Source: Octopus sinensis (lineage: Eukaryota). From it: a stretch of DNA of 64,000 nucleotides. This document shows, piece after piece, positions 24,948 through 38,070 of this stretch; position 1 is the first letter of the stretch, and each line of letters begins with the position of its first letter. Position numbers and translations under genes: made by a program. Below the pieces are notes generated by a model. The model saw only the letters and a program-made list of their open reading frames with translations. It did no database searches and was not told the origin of the DNA. Location of the stretch: positions 3,224,001 to 3,288,000 of the forward strand of contig NC_043026.1 in the NCBI RefSeq assembly GCF_006345805.1, written 5' to 3'.

Positions 24948-25301
24948 TTAGCAGTATCGCCCGGCGTTGCTCGGGTTTGTAAGGGAAATAACTATATAAG
25001 CACAAAGGGGGGGGGGTGTTACTGTAGCTTTTTACGTTCTGAGATTTAATAATAATTTTCTAGAGAGCTACTTCCTTTATATATGCCAAAAATGCATTAA
25101 AAATGGGAAAGATTTATGGTAAATTTTTTTTTATATCGTAGCCTCATCGTAGACGTGCGCTAATACCCAGAAGGGCTCGATATGAATCACGACTATAAGA
25201 TACCCGGTTTTGGTTAAACTGCACCGCAAAATGTGGGAGTAGTTAGGGATCTAAATCGTAGGAGACAGACAGACACACAACCTCTCTTTTATATATAAAG
25301 A
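24948..25301 (-). mobile_element. Non-autonomous Helitron, same family (duplicate at 57660-58010)
   Basis: Reverse-complement homologue of 11837-12138; A|TC start, hairpin, CTAA|T end. Confidence 0.85.
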
Positions 25302-25694
25302 TAAGAGCAAGGGAGGGAACTCTTGAAATATCAATTTTCAAAAATTAAATGTTTGGCAGCTGGTTGAATGAAATATTGTGCCAAACAGATTTTGCAGTGG
25401 TGTGAGGAAAGTGAATCAAGAGAAGTGCATTTAGTCATCATTAACACAGTATTATATTAATAGATGTTTTACCATGCTTATGGCAAACCCTGGGACACAT
25501 GCACTTGCCTGAGTGGCAGGGGAGTCATTAGCTTCTAATTTTATGTGTGTGTGTGTGTATACAGTTCTATATTTAAGAGATGAGGAATTGTGTACATTTT
25601 TGTGTGTGTATATATATATTGGTAAAAACGGTAAGACAACAAAAGAAAGAAAGAAAGAGACCTCAATATTATGTAAATAGAGGAATTTATCTGT

Positions 25695-26036
25695 AAAATA
25701 ATATGAGACAATTACTCAATAGTCAAGATAAAACTCTGAGTTTCAGATGCCGAGGTGGAAATCCACAACACCATCTCTTCCGTTATCTGGCCACCTGAAA
25801 AAATGTTATGAAAAAATACCGTTATATAAAGGGAAATTACTGTATTATAATTCTGCTACTTATATAAATTAAGATTAAAAGTTAATAGTAAACATGTAAA
25901 ATTTATATAACAGTATTTTTTCATAGCGTTTTTCAGATGACCAGATAACAGAAGAGATGGTGTTGTGGATTTCCACTTCGGCATCCGAAACTCAGAGTTT
26001 TATCTTGATTATTGAGTAATTGTCACATATTATTTT
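25695..26036. repeat. Long inverted repeat, about 135-bp arms and 71-bp spacer (duplicate 58403-58744)
   Basis: Arms 25695-25830 and 25902-26036 are reverse complements with several mismatches. Confidence 0.9.
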
Positions 26037-27788
26037 ATTGATATATATATATATATATATTACGGAGATGTACTTGCATAGCAAGTGATTTGATCTGAAA
26101 TCGTGTGCTGAAACAAAAACAATTGCAGCATGGAAGGTGTTTATAAGCCATTTAAGAAACACACAAAAGCCGTTCGATTCACTTTAACATTTAAGTGTAA
26201 TTTGTCAAAATATTTTCAGCGCTTTAAGATTGCAACTGTTGACTGATAAAAATCTGTGCTGGTTAGATATATGTATATATATCTATATATATATATATAT
26301 ATCAAAATAGCTTGAGATACGTAAACAAAACCAAACACATATCCACAAAGATGTGTGTGTTGCAAGTGCATGGGTCAGCTGCAGTTTTTAGGCATAAGAA
26401 AATATATTCTCAGTGTGCCTGGTGTTAAAAACACCTGAAAGTAAGTCACATGGTCAAACGAGACAACTCGCCTCAGGTCTCTTCTCTGAGCAACAGACAC
26501 ATGTTTCGTCGTTGTTGTGACTTTTCAGTGTTGCAGACCAAACGAGGCCCACTGCAACCTATACATATGACTGGCCATGGCTCTATGCTAAATGCTTTAT
26601 AAACCATCTGCTGGCAAGTCCCAACGTTTCATGCCATGCAAAAAATTCAAATAGGAAATTACAAGCAGCTTCAGGTGTATAAACAAAATCCACCCCTGAA
26701 CTAACAACGTGCATACCCCTAGGTATGTGTGTTCAGTTTGGGTGGGTTTTTTTTTTTATATTGGAGGCTCGTGGCTTAGTGGTTAGTGTGTTGCACTCAG
26801 GATTGTAAGGTTGTGGTTTCTGTTCCGAGACTGAGTCATGTGTTGTATTCTTGAGCAAAACATTTCATTTTATGTTGCTCAGTCCACTCAGCTGGCAAAA
26901 CTGAGTAATCCTGTGATAGACTGGCGTCCCATCCAAGTGGGGGAGTAAATATGCCACAAAATCTGGGAAACTGCCCTTATGAGTCTATGGCTCAGGAGGT
27001 CCCTTTCATCCTTTAGGATAGACATATTTATTCTGAAACGTTTTTTTTTTTTAAACACATAAAAGCAATGCACATTCACTAAATAGCGCACTCAATACCT
27101 GTGCAACATGTAACATTTGTTGTAATTTTATTGATTCTAATTTTGAAGATTTATTGGGTTTCCTTTGTTCAAAATCTCTTTGAAGCTACTCCCAACAAAA
27201 CTCCAAAATCAGCTCCAATAAAATGACACACAGAGACTACATTAAATCATATTTGATGGCTTACAAGGTACACCAGCTTATAATGCACTCCTTAATTTTT
27301 GAAGGTCCTTTCTTAAGCCACTGCATTACAGATCCTAAGATGCAGGTTAAAGTTTCTAGAACATTTTTTGGCTTTTGTATAAAGTGTTCCTTATAAGCTA
27401 TCAAATAATATCTTCTAAAAGATATTAAATTGAATAAATCAATGATGGAACTGATACTCAAATTTGGCAAAAGAAAAAAGAGAACAAATTTCAGATTGTG
27501 TTTGGATTTGAATACCAGTTTTAAAAAATCCATTTTGTTTTTATTGAATCTTTTATAAATTTGAAATTTTAAACTGAAAAAAAAAAAAAAATCCCCAATT
27601 ATTTTAGCAATTTGAAATTGATCTAAAATTTTAAATTGGTAAAATAAAAATGAATTGTTTTTTTTTAATGAAATTTTATTCAAGTTTAGTTTATGGAAAC
27701 TTGTTAATTTTATTTTAATGAATTTCTTTTCAGTTTGCTCTGACTTTATCTCTGTTTTTGTAAAATATATATGCATATGACATAATAT

Positions 27789-27833
<45 letters not shown>

Positions 27834-30416
27834 ATGTATTTGAAAAATATATTCTATAAAATGGAAGCTTGAATCTACTCCCCCTGGAGCCTCATAAGTT
27901 GCTTCGGGGTTGAACTATCCTTACTTTGAAAAAGTTGCAATTAAAATTCTTAAATGTTTATAAATTAAGAATATCTCATTCTCAAGAGACCTTAAGTCTG
28001 GTGACAGCAGACACCACAGAATTGTGGGGGGAAAAAAGTTTCAATTTCTTTATACTATACACATAATGTTTGACTACTGTATATTCTGTATTCAGTATCT
28101 CCTTAATTAAGGTAACACTAATAATGGCAAAGAGGAACTATTTCTTATATATTAATTTGTCGAGAATTTGGGGGTGCTAGGTTTAAAATCCCATTTTATA
28201 GAATACATTTTCTGAATATTTATTTTTATATCTTTTAAAATATATATGTTTGTAAAAATATTTTAATCAAACTGTGTTATTGAAATATCTTGTAATTTTA
28301 TAAAAAGTCATCTTTGCCAATTATAAAATCCACTTTTTAATTATTAATGATCCTGTGTCATTCATCCGTCCAAGGTCCATCAAATCAAATATTGGTCAAG
28401 TTCTGGGATAGGTACTCAACTACACTTTCCCTTCAAAATTTCTTAATATAGGCCATGCGAGTGAATGAGATCCACTGACTCAAGGAAGCACTGCTTGTTC
28501 TTTTAGTGTAGCATAGGAAGTTCTCTGATGAACTCGGCACTTTAATTGTACTTTAATTGTACTTTAGGTTGACTCGTTAGTATTCAGGTTATTCTGTCTG
28601 ATTTTATGCTTATTTATTTACCTTGATTTGAACTAATCATGCATTATTGCATAGCCTTGACTTTTTGATCGTATGACTGTTTAGCTATCAAATGACATTG
28701 TAGGGTAGGTGTGAGAAGCTAGATCTGGTCAGTTTGAATGTAAAACAGGAAGAGTTTTGGGGCCAGATAAAGCAGGCTTCACCATCATCCTCATCATCAT
28801 TTAGCATCTGTTGTCCATAGCATTTAAACCAACCAGAACATGCTACCTGTTTTACGTTCAAACCTCCTAGATCTAGTTTCTCATACCTACCCTACCAGAT
28901 CAGTCAAAATATATACAATCATACCTTCAAAATCCCAATGCTACCTGATACAGAACGGCTAATTCAAAGCAATGTGGTGGATAAATAAGCTTTACGCTTG
29001 ACAGAATAATCGGAATGCTAAAGGGTTAACTCAACCTGTCTTGTGTCAGAGGAATGTGTTGCTGCTACAATGTTCGTTTTTGCAACCATGTAATAATCCG
29101 GAATAGCCATTCCACTACACTTTGGCATTTGTCTCTTGCTGTAGCTTTCAGATGACCCAATGCCAAGGAAAGGGAAATTTGGTTGATGGACACTGCACAA
29201 GTGTGTGTGTTTATGATGAAGGCTTCACACTGGCATGAGATGCAGTTAAGTGAAAAAGTACTGTTTTATTAATGTTTCGATTAAAGTGGAATAACCTTGT
29301 TTAGTCAAAGTAGGGATCCCTAATCAAAAGGTTATCCTTTTGGTTTCAGTTCTGAACTAAGAACAGGGAACACAATTCTCTGTTAATACAAAAACTCAGC
29401 TGATTTTCCTTCTATGATGTAAAAAAAAAAAAAAAAAAGTGTCCCTTGTAGTCAGTTGATAAATAGGGAAGGCTAAAATAAATCCCAGAATAAGGAGTGG
29501 ACCTAAAATGATGGACTGGAAACCCTATTGGGTCCAGTGCTCCAGCTTCAACCAGTTAACCTTTCATTACTATATTTCTATTAAAATGCACTGCTTTTGT
29601 TTCAGTTAATTTTGAAAATAATCAAGAATTTATCAAAATATATTTTTTATTCAGCCTTTTTTTAAGCATAAATTAACATAAAATTTTGACAGAAGGTTTT
29701 GATATAGATCACTTTAGCACTAGAGTTTTGTATCAGAGATCTAGGGTTAGTCCTCAGGCAGGTTGGTATCAAAAGAGCTAATGTATATATACAAACATAA
29801 TGTTTTAATTATTTTATTAATTATGGAGACAAAACAATGCAAGTTATAAAAAAAGAATACAGGTTGATGGTTCCTGCTTTTACCTGGTTTTGAAGAAGGG
29901 ATCTGAATTCTGCAATATTGAAATGCAAGGTAAAGCTAGAAACCATCAACTTGTATTATTTTGACTTTATAACAAAAAGAAATAACTAAAAATGTTTATT
30001 TATATCAGACAATGTTTCGTGCAAGTAGCCCATATGCAGAGCAGTACTTAGTGTTGCCACTTCTCTAAGATAGGGATAATTCATTCTAGGCTAGCTGCAG
30101 AGTGAAAAATTAATGAGAATCAAAAGGTTTTATCCCTCACAGAAAGCATTACAAACAGGATTGCATTTTGCACCAAAAAGCCAATATGGGGGTTTCTCTC
30201 GTGGTGTCTACCACAGTATCGTTTGTCCAAACAGAATACCCATGTTTAAGCGGGGATAAATATTGCCGTTCAATATCAATACTGCCTCTGTCCCTAATTA
30301 TTTTTGTACTTTTTAACAAGCTCACTGACAAATCACAACACTGGCACCTGTTTCAGCACTATTTATTCTATACATTGCTGGCACTAAGATGATTCGCTGC
30401 TATCTCTAGCTGTCAA

Positions 30417-30470
30417 GGGTCCATCACTGATGAGACCAAGGAAGGTTGAAATCACATGATCTGGTGACCT
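30417..30470 (+). ncRNA. Type I hammerhead ribozyme, unit 1
   Basis: Stem I GGT(c)CATCA/TGGTGACC; core CTGATGA; stem II GACC-aaggaa-GGTT; GAAA; stem III ATCA-ca-TGAT; AUC cleavage triplet ending at 30461. Confidence 0.85.
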
Positions 30471-30775
30471 CAGTGTTGGAGGTGGCAGGGATTTATTCCC
30501 TACTAGCGATATAAACAAGAGTGTACTTTGTACCAAAAGCCAATATGGGGGTTTCTCTCGTGGTGTCTACCACAGTATCGTTTGTCCAAACAGAATACCC
30601 ATGTTTAAGCGGGGATAAATATTGCCGTTCAATATCAATACTGCCTCTGTCCCTAATTATTTTTGTACTTTTTAACAAGCTCACTGACAAATCACAACAC
30701 TGGCACCTGTTTCAGCACTATTTATTCTATACATTGCTGGCACTAAGATGATTCGCTGCTATCTCTAGCTGTCAA

Positions 30776-30829
30776 GGGTCCATCACTGATGAGACCAAGG
30801 AAGGTTGAAATCACATGATCTGGTGACCT
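30776..30829 (+). ncRNA. Type I hammerhead ribozyme, unit 2
   Basis: Identical motif 359 bp downstream; predicted cleavage after 30820. Confidence 0.85.
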
Positions 30830-31938
30830 CAGTGTTGGAGGTGGCAGGGATTTATCTCCCTACTAGCGATATAAACAAGTGTGTACTTTGTACCAAAAGC
30901 CAATATGGGAGAGGTTCTCTCATGGCATCTACCACAGTATAGTTTGTTCTAACAGAACATCCCATGTTTAAATGGGAATAAATATTACCTCTCTGTCACT
31001 AATACCGGCCTCTGTCACTAATATATATATATATATTCACAAATTCCACTCTCGGTAATCTGGGAATATTCAGACTGGCATAACATTAAGATAAGGGAAT
31101 GGTAGTTGTAATATAGAGTGAAAGTATTATGTGTTATTTCCGTTTCTTTGTTACGTCTGCTTCAAGATTCCTGAGTGTTTCAGAGGAAACTTGTCTTTCA
31201 GTCGGAGCTTTCCACTTAACACTACAGATCTCTCTCTCTAATATATATATATGTATGTATGTATATACAATCAAAAACCAAAACATTCAATAGTCACTAA
31301 TTGTGACTGAGGGTGCAGGGTAGACGAGAGGCAAAGATTCTTACAGCCATAAAAAGCTCATTGGCTTATGTACTGACAGGGGAGACAACTGCCCCACAGC
31401 GAGGGAGCTCCACTATCCTAGCATGCTAGTTTCACTTTCAACAGATCACCACTAGTGATCACTCCATCGCTGATAGTTGAGCTAAATCCTACTTATCGGT
31501 ATATAATAATATTTACCATATGAATAAATGGATGATTCAGCAAAAAGGTTAAAGTGAAAATTCAGAAATAACAAAGGTGGCTAGACACAATACACCCTCA
31601 CACTCACACATGACCATGTTGAAATTTTACCATTTTTTAGAATTTTCATATTTTCCTCTGAGCTTTTTACGGTTGGTTTGGAACAATAAAGTTCCTAAGT
31701 CCATATCCAGTGTTTCTAGAATTTCATGGTCTCATTTTCAAGAATTGAGAAATGTGAAGATATGCAAATGCTGGAATAGGGATTTAGGGGCCTAATGGTG
31801 CCGAACCAACTGTAAAAAGCTCATAAAAAAATATGAAAAGTCTGGAATAAAAAGAAAGATAAAACTTGAAAATAGTCGTGTTTGTGTGTGTATATATATA
31901 TATATATTTATATATTATATATATATATGTATATATAT

Positions 31939-31974
<36 letters not shown>

Positions 31975-32084
31975 GCAGAAGTGGCTGTGTGGTAAGTAGC
32001 TTGCTTACCAACTACATGGTTCCAGAGTCAGGCCAACCAAAGCCTTGTGAGTGGATTTGGTAGACAGAAATTGAAAGATGCCCA

Positions 32085-32107
32085 TTGTATGTATGTATAT
32101 ATGTATA

Positions 32108-32145
<38 letters not shown>

Positions 32146-32297
32146 ATATATATGTATATATGTATTATATATATATGTATGTATATATGTATGTATATAT
32201 ATATGTATGTATATATGTATGTATATATATATGTATGTATATATGTATGTATATATGTATGTATGTATATATGTATGTATATTTATATGTATGTATG

Positions 32298-32333
<36 letters not shown>

Positions 32334-32427
32334 GTATATATATATATATATGTATGTTATATGTATGTATATATGTATGTATATATGTATGTATGTATAT
32401 ATATATGTATGTATATATATGTATATA

Positions 32428-32471
<44 letters not shown>

Positions 32472-32630
32472 GTATATATATGTATGTATATATGTATTAT
32501 ATATATGTATATATGTATGTATATATGTATATATATATGTATGTATATATGTATATATATATGTATGTATATATGTATGTATATATGTATATATATATGT
32601 ATATATATATGTATATGTATATATGTATAT
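32085..32630. repeat. Compound (TA)n/(TATG)n microsatellite expanded inside a family A SINE
   Basis: About 545 bp between the SINE head (from 31972) and tail (to about 32830); source of several spurious ORFs. Confidence 0.95.
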
Positions 32631-35600
32631 AATCTATACGTCTGTGTTTGTCCCCTACCATCGCTTGACAATGTATGTTGGTTTGTTTACATCCCAGTAA
32701 CTTAGTGGTTTGGCAACAGAGAACGATAGAATAAGTACTAGGCTTACAAAGAAAAAGTCCTGGGGTCGATTTTTATTACTAAAGGCAGCGCTCCAGCATG
32801 GCCACAACCAAATGGCTGAAACAAATGAAAGAATATATATATATATTTGTATATATAAAATAACCGTAGACACATATTTGCTTTCCTCCTTGTCTCAGCA
32901 TATGATCAAGGATGTGGCAACTGAAGTGGGAGAGGCCCCTGTTCAGTTTCAGCCAAGTAGAATGGAGCTCCACCGGATAAACCCCATTTCACCCTGGTCC
33001 AACCAAACCCACAATTTTAGGACCATGAGCTTGCCACTAGGCCCATGCGCCTATAATATATATCTGGCACTCCGTCGCTTATCACGATGAAGGTTCCGTT
33101 TGATCCAATTGTAGGAACAGCTTGCTCGTGAAATTAACACACATGTGGCTGAGTACTCCACAGACACGGGTACCTTCAACGTAGTTCTCAGGAAGATTCA
33201 GCGCAATACAGAACGTGACAAGGTTGGCCTCTGAAATACAGGTACGTCTCATTTTTGCCACCTGAATAGACTGGAGCAATGTAAAATGAAGTGTCTTGTT
33301 CAAGGACACAGCATGCCGTTGGGAATCGAACTCATGTCCTTAGAGTTGTGATCTGTATACCATAACCACCAGCCACATGCCTTTACTTCTATATATAAAC
33401 ATTTTTCTTAATTTGATGATCAGATGTTAGACTATCCCAATACGTTTTTACTCTTTTACTTGTTTCAGTCATTTGACTGCGGCCATGCTGGAGCACCGCG
33501 TTTAGTCGAGCAAATCGACCCCGGGACTTATTCTTTGTAAGCCCAGTACTTATTCTATCGGTCACTTTTGCCGAACCGCTAAGTGACAGGGACGTAAACA
33601 CACCAGCATCGGTTGTCAAGTGATGTTGGGGGGACAGACACAAACATACACGCACACACATATATATATACATATATATGACGGGCTTCTTTCAGTTTCC
33701 GTCTACCAAATCCATTCACAAGGCTTTGGTCGGCCCGGGGCTATAGTAGAAGACACTTGCCCAAGGTACCACGCAGTGGGACTGAAGCCGGAACCATGTG
33801 GTTGGTAAGCAAGCTACTTACCACACAGCCACTCCTGCGCCTATGTTTCTGTTTTTTAAACCTGTAATATCTTTGTATCCATCTGATTCCCTGTATCTGG
33901 TGGTTATACGATATGCTCAGAGAGAAGATAAAGGCAAGAAAACTGAGCTTATATAAGAATGCAGGGGACTGACTATCATTTAACTTGCTGCACTATTCGT
34001 CCCCCGTTAAGCTGCTGCTATCAACTTCACAGCAATGGAGAGGAGTGTTACTGGTTTCTTTTGTGTCTCATTGAAATGAAATGGAGTGGCTGTGTGGTAA
34101 GTAGCTTGCTAACCAACCACATGGTTCCGGGTTCAGTCCCACAGCGTGGCATCTTGGGCAAGTGTCTTCTGCTATAGCCCTGGGCCGACCAATGCCTTGT
34201 GAGTGGATTTGGTAGACGGAAACTGAAAGAAGCCTGTCGTATATATGTATATATATATATATGTGTCTGTGTTTGTCCCCCTAGCATTGCTTGACAACCG
34301 ATGCTGGTGTGTTTACGTCCCCGTCACTTAGCGGTTCGGCAAAAGAGACCGATAGAATAAGCACTGGGCTTACAAAGAATAAGTCCCGGGGTCGATTTGC
34401 TCGACCAAAGGCGGTGCTCCAGCATGGCCGCAGTCAAATGACTGAAACAAGTAAAAGTAAAAGAGAGCATACCACAGTCCATGCGTCCACAGGCCCTTTG
34501 ACAGGTGCCATTATTTCATCCTGTCAGGGGTCCAAAGTCATCTTCATCATCGTCGTTTAACGTCCGTTTTCTGCGCTAGCACGGGTTGGATGGTTCGACC
34601 GGGGTCTGGGAAGCCAGGGGCTGCACCAGGCTCCTGTCTGATCTGGCAGTGTTTCTACGGCTGGATGCCCATCCTAATGCCAACCACTCCGCGAGTGTAG
34701 TGGGCGCTTTTTATGTGCCAGGGGAGGCTGGCATCGGCCACGATCGGTTGGTGCTTTTAACGTGCCACCGGCACAGAAGCCAGTCGAGGCGGCGCTGGCA
34801 TCGGCCACGTTCGTGTCAGGGGTCCAAAATCATCGACACCAAACAAACTCGTTGGGGTTGTCGGGTTAGTTGTTAATGACACTGCATGCAACAGTTTGTA
34901 CTGGATTATGCATTAGTGTATACACCTGCTTGTTGTTCCCTCACCTGTTTTTGTCTTCAGTTGGCCATTCCTGGGAATCCAGCAGGAAAGTGTGATGATA
35001 GTTGCTTCTGATAGAACCCTTCTGAGCAGATGCTCCAATGACCCTCCCAGGCAGATAAGATGGTTGGATGAACCATTATGCCACTCTCCTCACTTTAGTG
35101 AAATGTGTGAGCCAAGCTCATTATTAAATTACAATTTAATTGGGATTCAATTTAAACTTAAGGCTTGGAACCTCATTTTTATTCTGCAGCCAGCAGCACT
35201 AAATAGCTCAATGCAACCCCTAAAGCTGAAGTAAATAACTTCAACATTATTCTACATTATGACTAAATAACCCAGATTAATCTGTTCGAACAACGAAGAA
35301 CCTTTAGTAATCCTTAAGAATAACCAATGACTTTGCAGCCCCTTAGTTTTGATGCAAAGAGGAGCTGCACACTGCCCCCCCCCTCACTCTCCTCTCATCT
35401 ATGACAATCCTCAGTCCAGTGGCAAAAGCAGGTCAAGAAAAGGGGATAAAATAACCTCAGTATTCTATAACTGATCAAAAAATAAAACTTATGTTTTACG
35501 CCTGGACCAACCACCAGAATATCGTACATAATATACAAAGTTTAATAATAGCTGAGCAAAATAACCAAAGAAGCCCAACTGTGATTCTAACACCAGAACT

Positions 35601-36778
35601 AAAACATGCTTTAAGCTTATAATTCTGCTTCATACACTAAACTATTTGCTTACATGGTTTGTGACTTTCAATTTAATTTACTTGTATATTTGAAATAGTC
35701 ATAGAACAGAGTTTGGGAGGTTTGCAGGCCACACCACTAGGATGTGTAACTGGAAAGGCCTTTGTGGAGTTCAAAGGGAAGCCTGAATACTTGCAACAGA
35801 GTAAACTCTGTTTAGTGCCCTGAAGGAGAAGAAGCCAGTGAGTTAGGTCTACTGCTTTACATGTGTCACGGACATCTTCTGTTTCTGAATTAGTCAGGGC
35901 AATAGGGGTAGAGCCCTTGAGTTTTTGTGGTTGTTCCTATCTCATAAGATTGATGCTGAAACTTCAACAACAGCAAGTCCTCCACGAAGGGAATCTGGTT
36001 CAGGTGCCTGTTTCATTGAATGTGACTCAAGTAGCAAGAAACCTGATGATAGTGGCTGAGAGGGTGTGTGTGTGTATGCAGAGATGGTTGGGTGGCTTAG
36101 TTAACTTTGTAGCAAAGTGGTTCAAGGTTCAGTCCCACTGTACACCATCTCAGGCAAGTGTTTTGCAGTCTGGCCTCAAGTTCAAAAGCTTTTTGAGTTG
36201 AATTTGGTCGATGGAAACAGTATAATGGTAACTTATGTTCACAAGGAACAGGTTGACAGTAACTTTGACATTTCATCAGTGATAGGCTTTCTGAGTGAGT
36301 CTGATATATTTTATTAATCGATAACCATTCATAAATTCAACAATTAAAAACACACACACACACACACACATTATAACTGGTCCACTACTGAAGACGATGC
36401 TAGCAGAATGTTGTTGCCGCATATCATCTTTAGTTGGCAAGAGAGAATTGTGGGGGCTGATGTAATTCAGACAATCATCGTTATCGGATTTAAAATTATT
36501 CAACAGTTGATACTTTCACATTCAAAAAGGTCTGCAAATACAGAGGCATCATTTGGATGATTGCTTCAGACCCACATGGTTTACAAGTTCCAGCCCCAAA
36601 TTCATAAATCTATGTATATATATATGTACGTTTTAAGCAATTGAGATTCAAGTGAGTTCTAATGAATTCACATGAATATGGTCCTTAACTTGGATGCACC
36701 GGAAATCTATATGGTGTTAACCATACGACAAAGTGGGGTGATTACAAATAGGAAAGAAGCAACAAGAATGGATCAATA

Positions 36779-36867
36779 TATCGGTACAATTGTTTCGTAC
36801 GAGGACATCTTTAATAAAGCTACAAAAATTGCAGTAAATATAGGTGGCTCGTACTCATCAGCTGAAA
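36779..36867 (-). ncRNA. Type I hammerhead motif with large loop II
   Basis: Minus strand: TTTCAG-CTGATGA-GTACGAG-(44 nt)-CTCGTAC-GAA-ACAATTGT-A-CCGATA. Perfect core, stem II and palindromic stem III; stem I only 4 of 6 paired. Confidence 0.7.
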
Positions 36868-37295
36868 ATACATATATATATATATATATATATACATATA
36901 TATACATATGTGTGTGTGTTCTTCTATTTGTTTCAGTCATTTGACTGTGGCCATGTTGGAGCACCGCCTTAGAGTGTTTTTGTCAAGCAATTCAACTCCA
37001 GGACTTTTTTTTATAGCCCAGTACTTATTCTATTGGTGTCTTTTGCCAAACTGCTAAGTTACAAGGATGTAAACACACTCACATCGGTTGTAAAGTGATG
37101 GAGAGAAACACAGATACTAATACAATGGGCTTCTTTCAGTTTCCATCTACCAAATCTACTCACAAGGCTTTGGTTGACCCGTGGCTATAGTAGAAGACAC
37201 TTGCCGAAGGTTCCATGCATTCGGACTGAACCCAGAGTCATGTGCTTAGGAAGCAAGCATTTTATCACCCAGCCATGCCTACGCCTTTATATATA

Positions 37296-37327
<32 letters not shown>

Positions 37328-37429
37328 TTAATTGTCACTAATTGTGGCTGAGGGTGCCAAAGCACATATATTGCAAGAAATAATAGTTAAAATCCTTAAT
37401 GTACGAAATGCACAATATATATGTATATT

Positions 37430-37463
<34 letters not shown>

Positions 37464-37547
37464 TACTGACATAGGGTATTTACTGTGCCATGATTGACTC
37501 TGCGATCACCGGATTAGACTAGTTTCAGCTACCAGTCATATACATCT

Positions 37548-37920
37548 GTGATATACATCTGGAAAATCCTGGAGAGTCTTGTCCCAAACTTTGGCATTCA
37601 AAGTTACCCCAACCGCAGAACGGGGCGCCACTGCATGGTACCAAAGATTCCAACATCACCATCAAAATACAGGACCAGATACTGCAACAGCTTGGGTTTC
37701 AGAGGACCACAGCCCTTTAACATCCTCCCTAAATGCCTGAGAGACTTGCATGGTGTGGATGTGGATTTCTTTAAAATGAAACTGGATCTCTTCTTGTCGG
37801 GGGTCCCAGATGAACCTACCTCACGACAGGAGGCACAGAGGCGGGCAGCGGCATCGAACTCCCTTGTTGACCAAGTGCCACGTATCAGAGGTGGATTCAC
37901 ATATTAGTGTAGCTCATTCA
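37548..37920 (+). mobile_element. CR1/L2-like LINE ORF2 3' fragment
   Basis: IYIWKILE.LVPN...G..C...RGPQ.FNILP..LR.L....VDFFK.KLD.FL..VPDEP...AA.SNSL.DQ, a characteristic C-terminus. Confidence 0.8.
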
Positions 37921-37970
37921 GCGGTGCTACCCCAGCATGGCCACAGCCTTCAGGCTGAAACATTTTTAAG

Positions 37971-38070
37971 NNNNNNNNNNNNNNNNNNNNNNNNNNNNNN
38001 NNNNNNNNNNNNNNNNNNNNNNNNNNNNNNNNNNNNNNNNNNNNNNNNNNNNNNNNNNNNNNNNNNNNNN
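37971..38070. other. Assembly gap (100 N, true size unknown)
   Basis: Run of exactly 100 N. Confidence 0.99.

Larger units (their letters stand above)
30166..31021 (+). repeat. 359-bp tandem array carrying type I hammerhead ribozymes (retrozyme-like)
   Basis: Period 359 (ccaatatggg at 30181 and 30540; CTGATGA at 30427 and 30786). Two nearly identical units plus a diverged partial third (about 30895-31021). Confidence 0.92.
15696..31268 (+). repeat. Segmental duplication, copy A
   Basis: Colinear with 48469-64000 (offset 32773 at the start, 32732 at the end); scattered SNPs and small indels. Confidence 0.97.

Noticed and set aside
26414-26440. Segment translating SVCLVLKTPE before GTAAGT, resembling CYRI SVCRVMLETPE
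   Set aside because: In-frame stop five codons upstream, no NK.LP.ENTTDC part, and the only nearby acceptor gives an immediate stop in phase 0. Treated as coincidence.
27261-27776. 171-aa minus-strand ORF (repeated at 59969-60484)
   Set aside because: Extremely AT-rich, K/F/I/L/N-biased translation with no motif; typical chance ORF.
30149-30751. 60-76 aa ORFs on both strands of the 359-bp repeat
   Set aside because: No recognisable domain. 359 is not a multiple of 3 and stops occur, so there is no evidence for coding or rolling-circle translation.
32078-32705. Long ORFs of YI/YM/CI repeats, and similar ORFs near 843-1435, 7727-8099, 40657-41005 and 45343-45657
   Set aside because: Translations of (TA)n, (TATG)n, (CT)n and (CA)n microsatellites.
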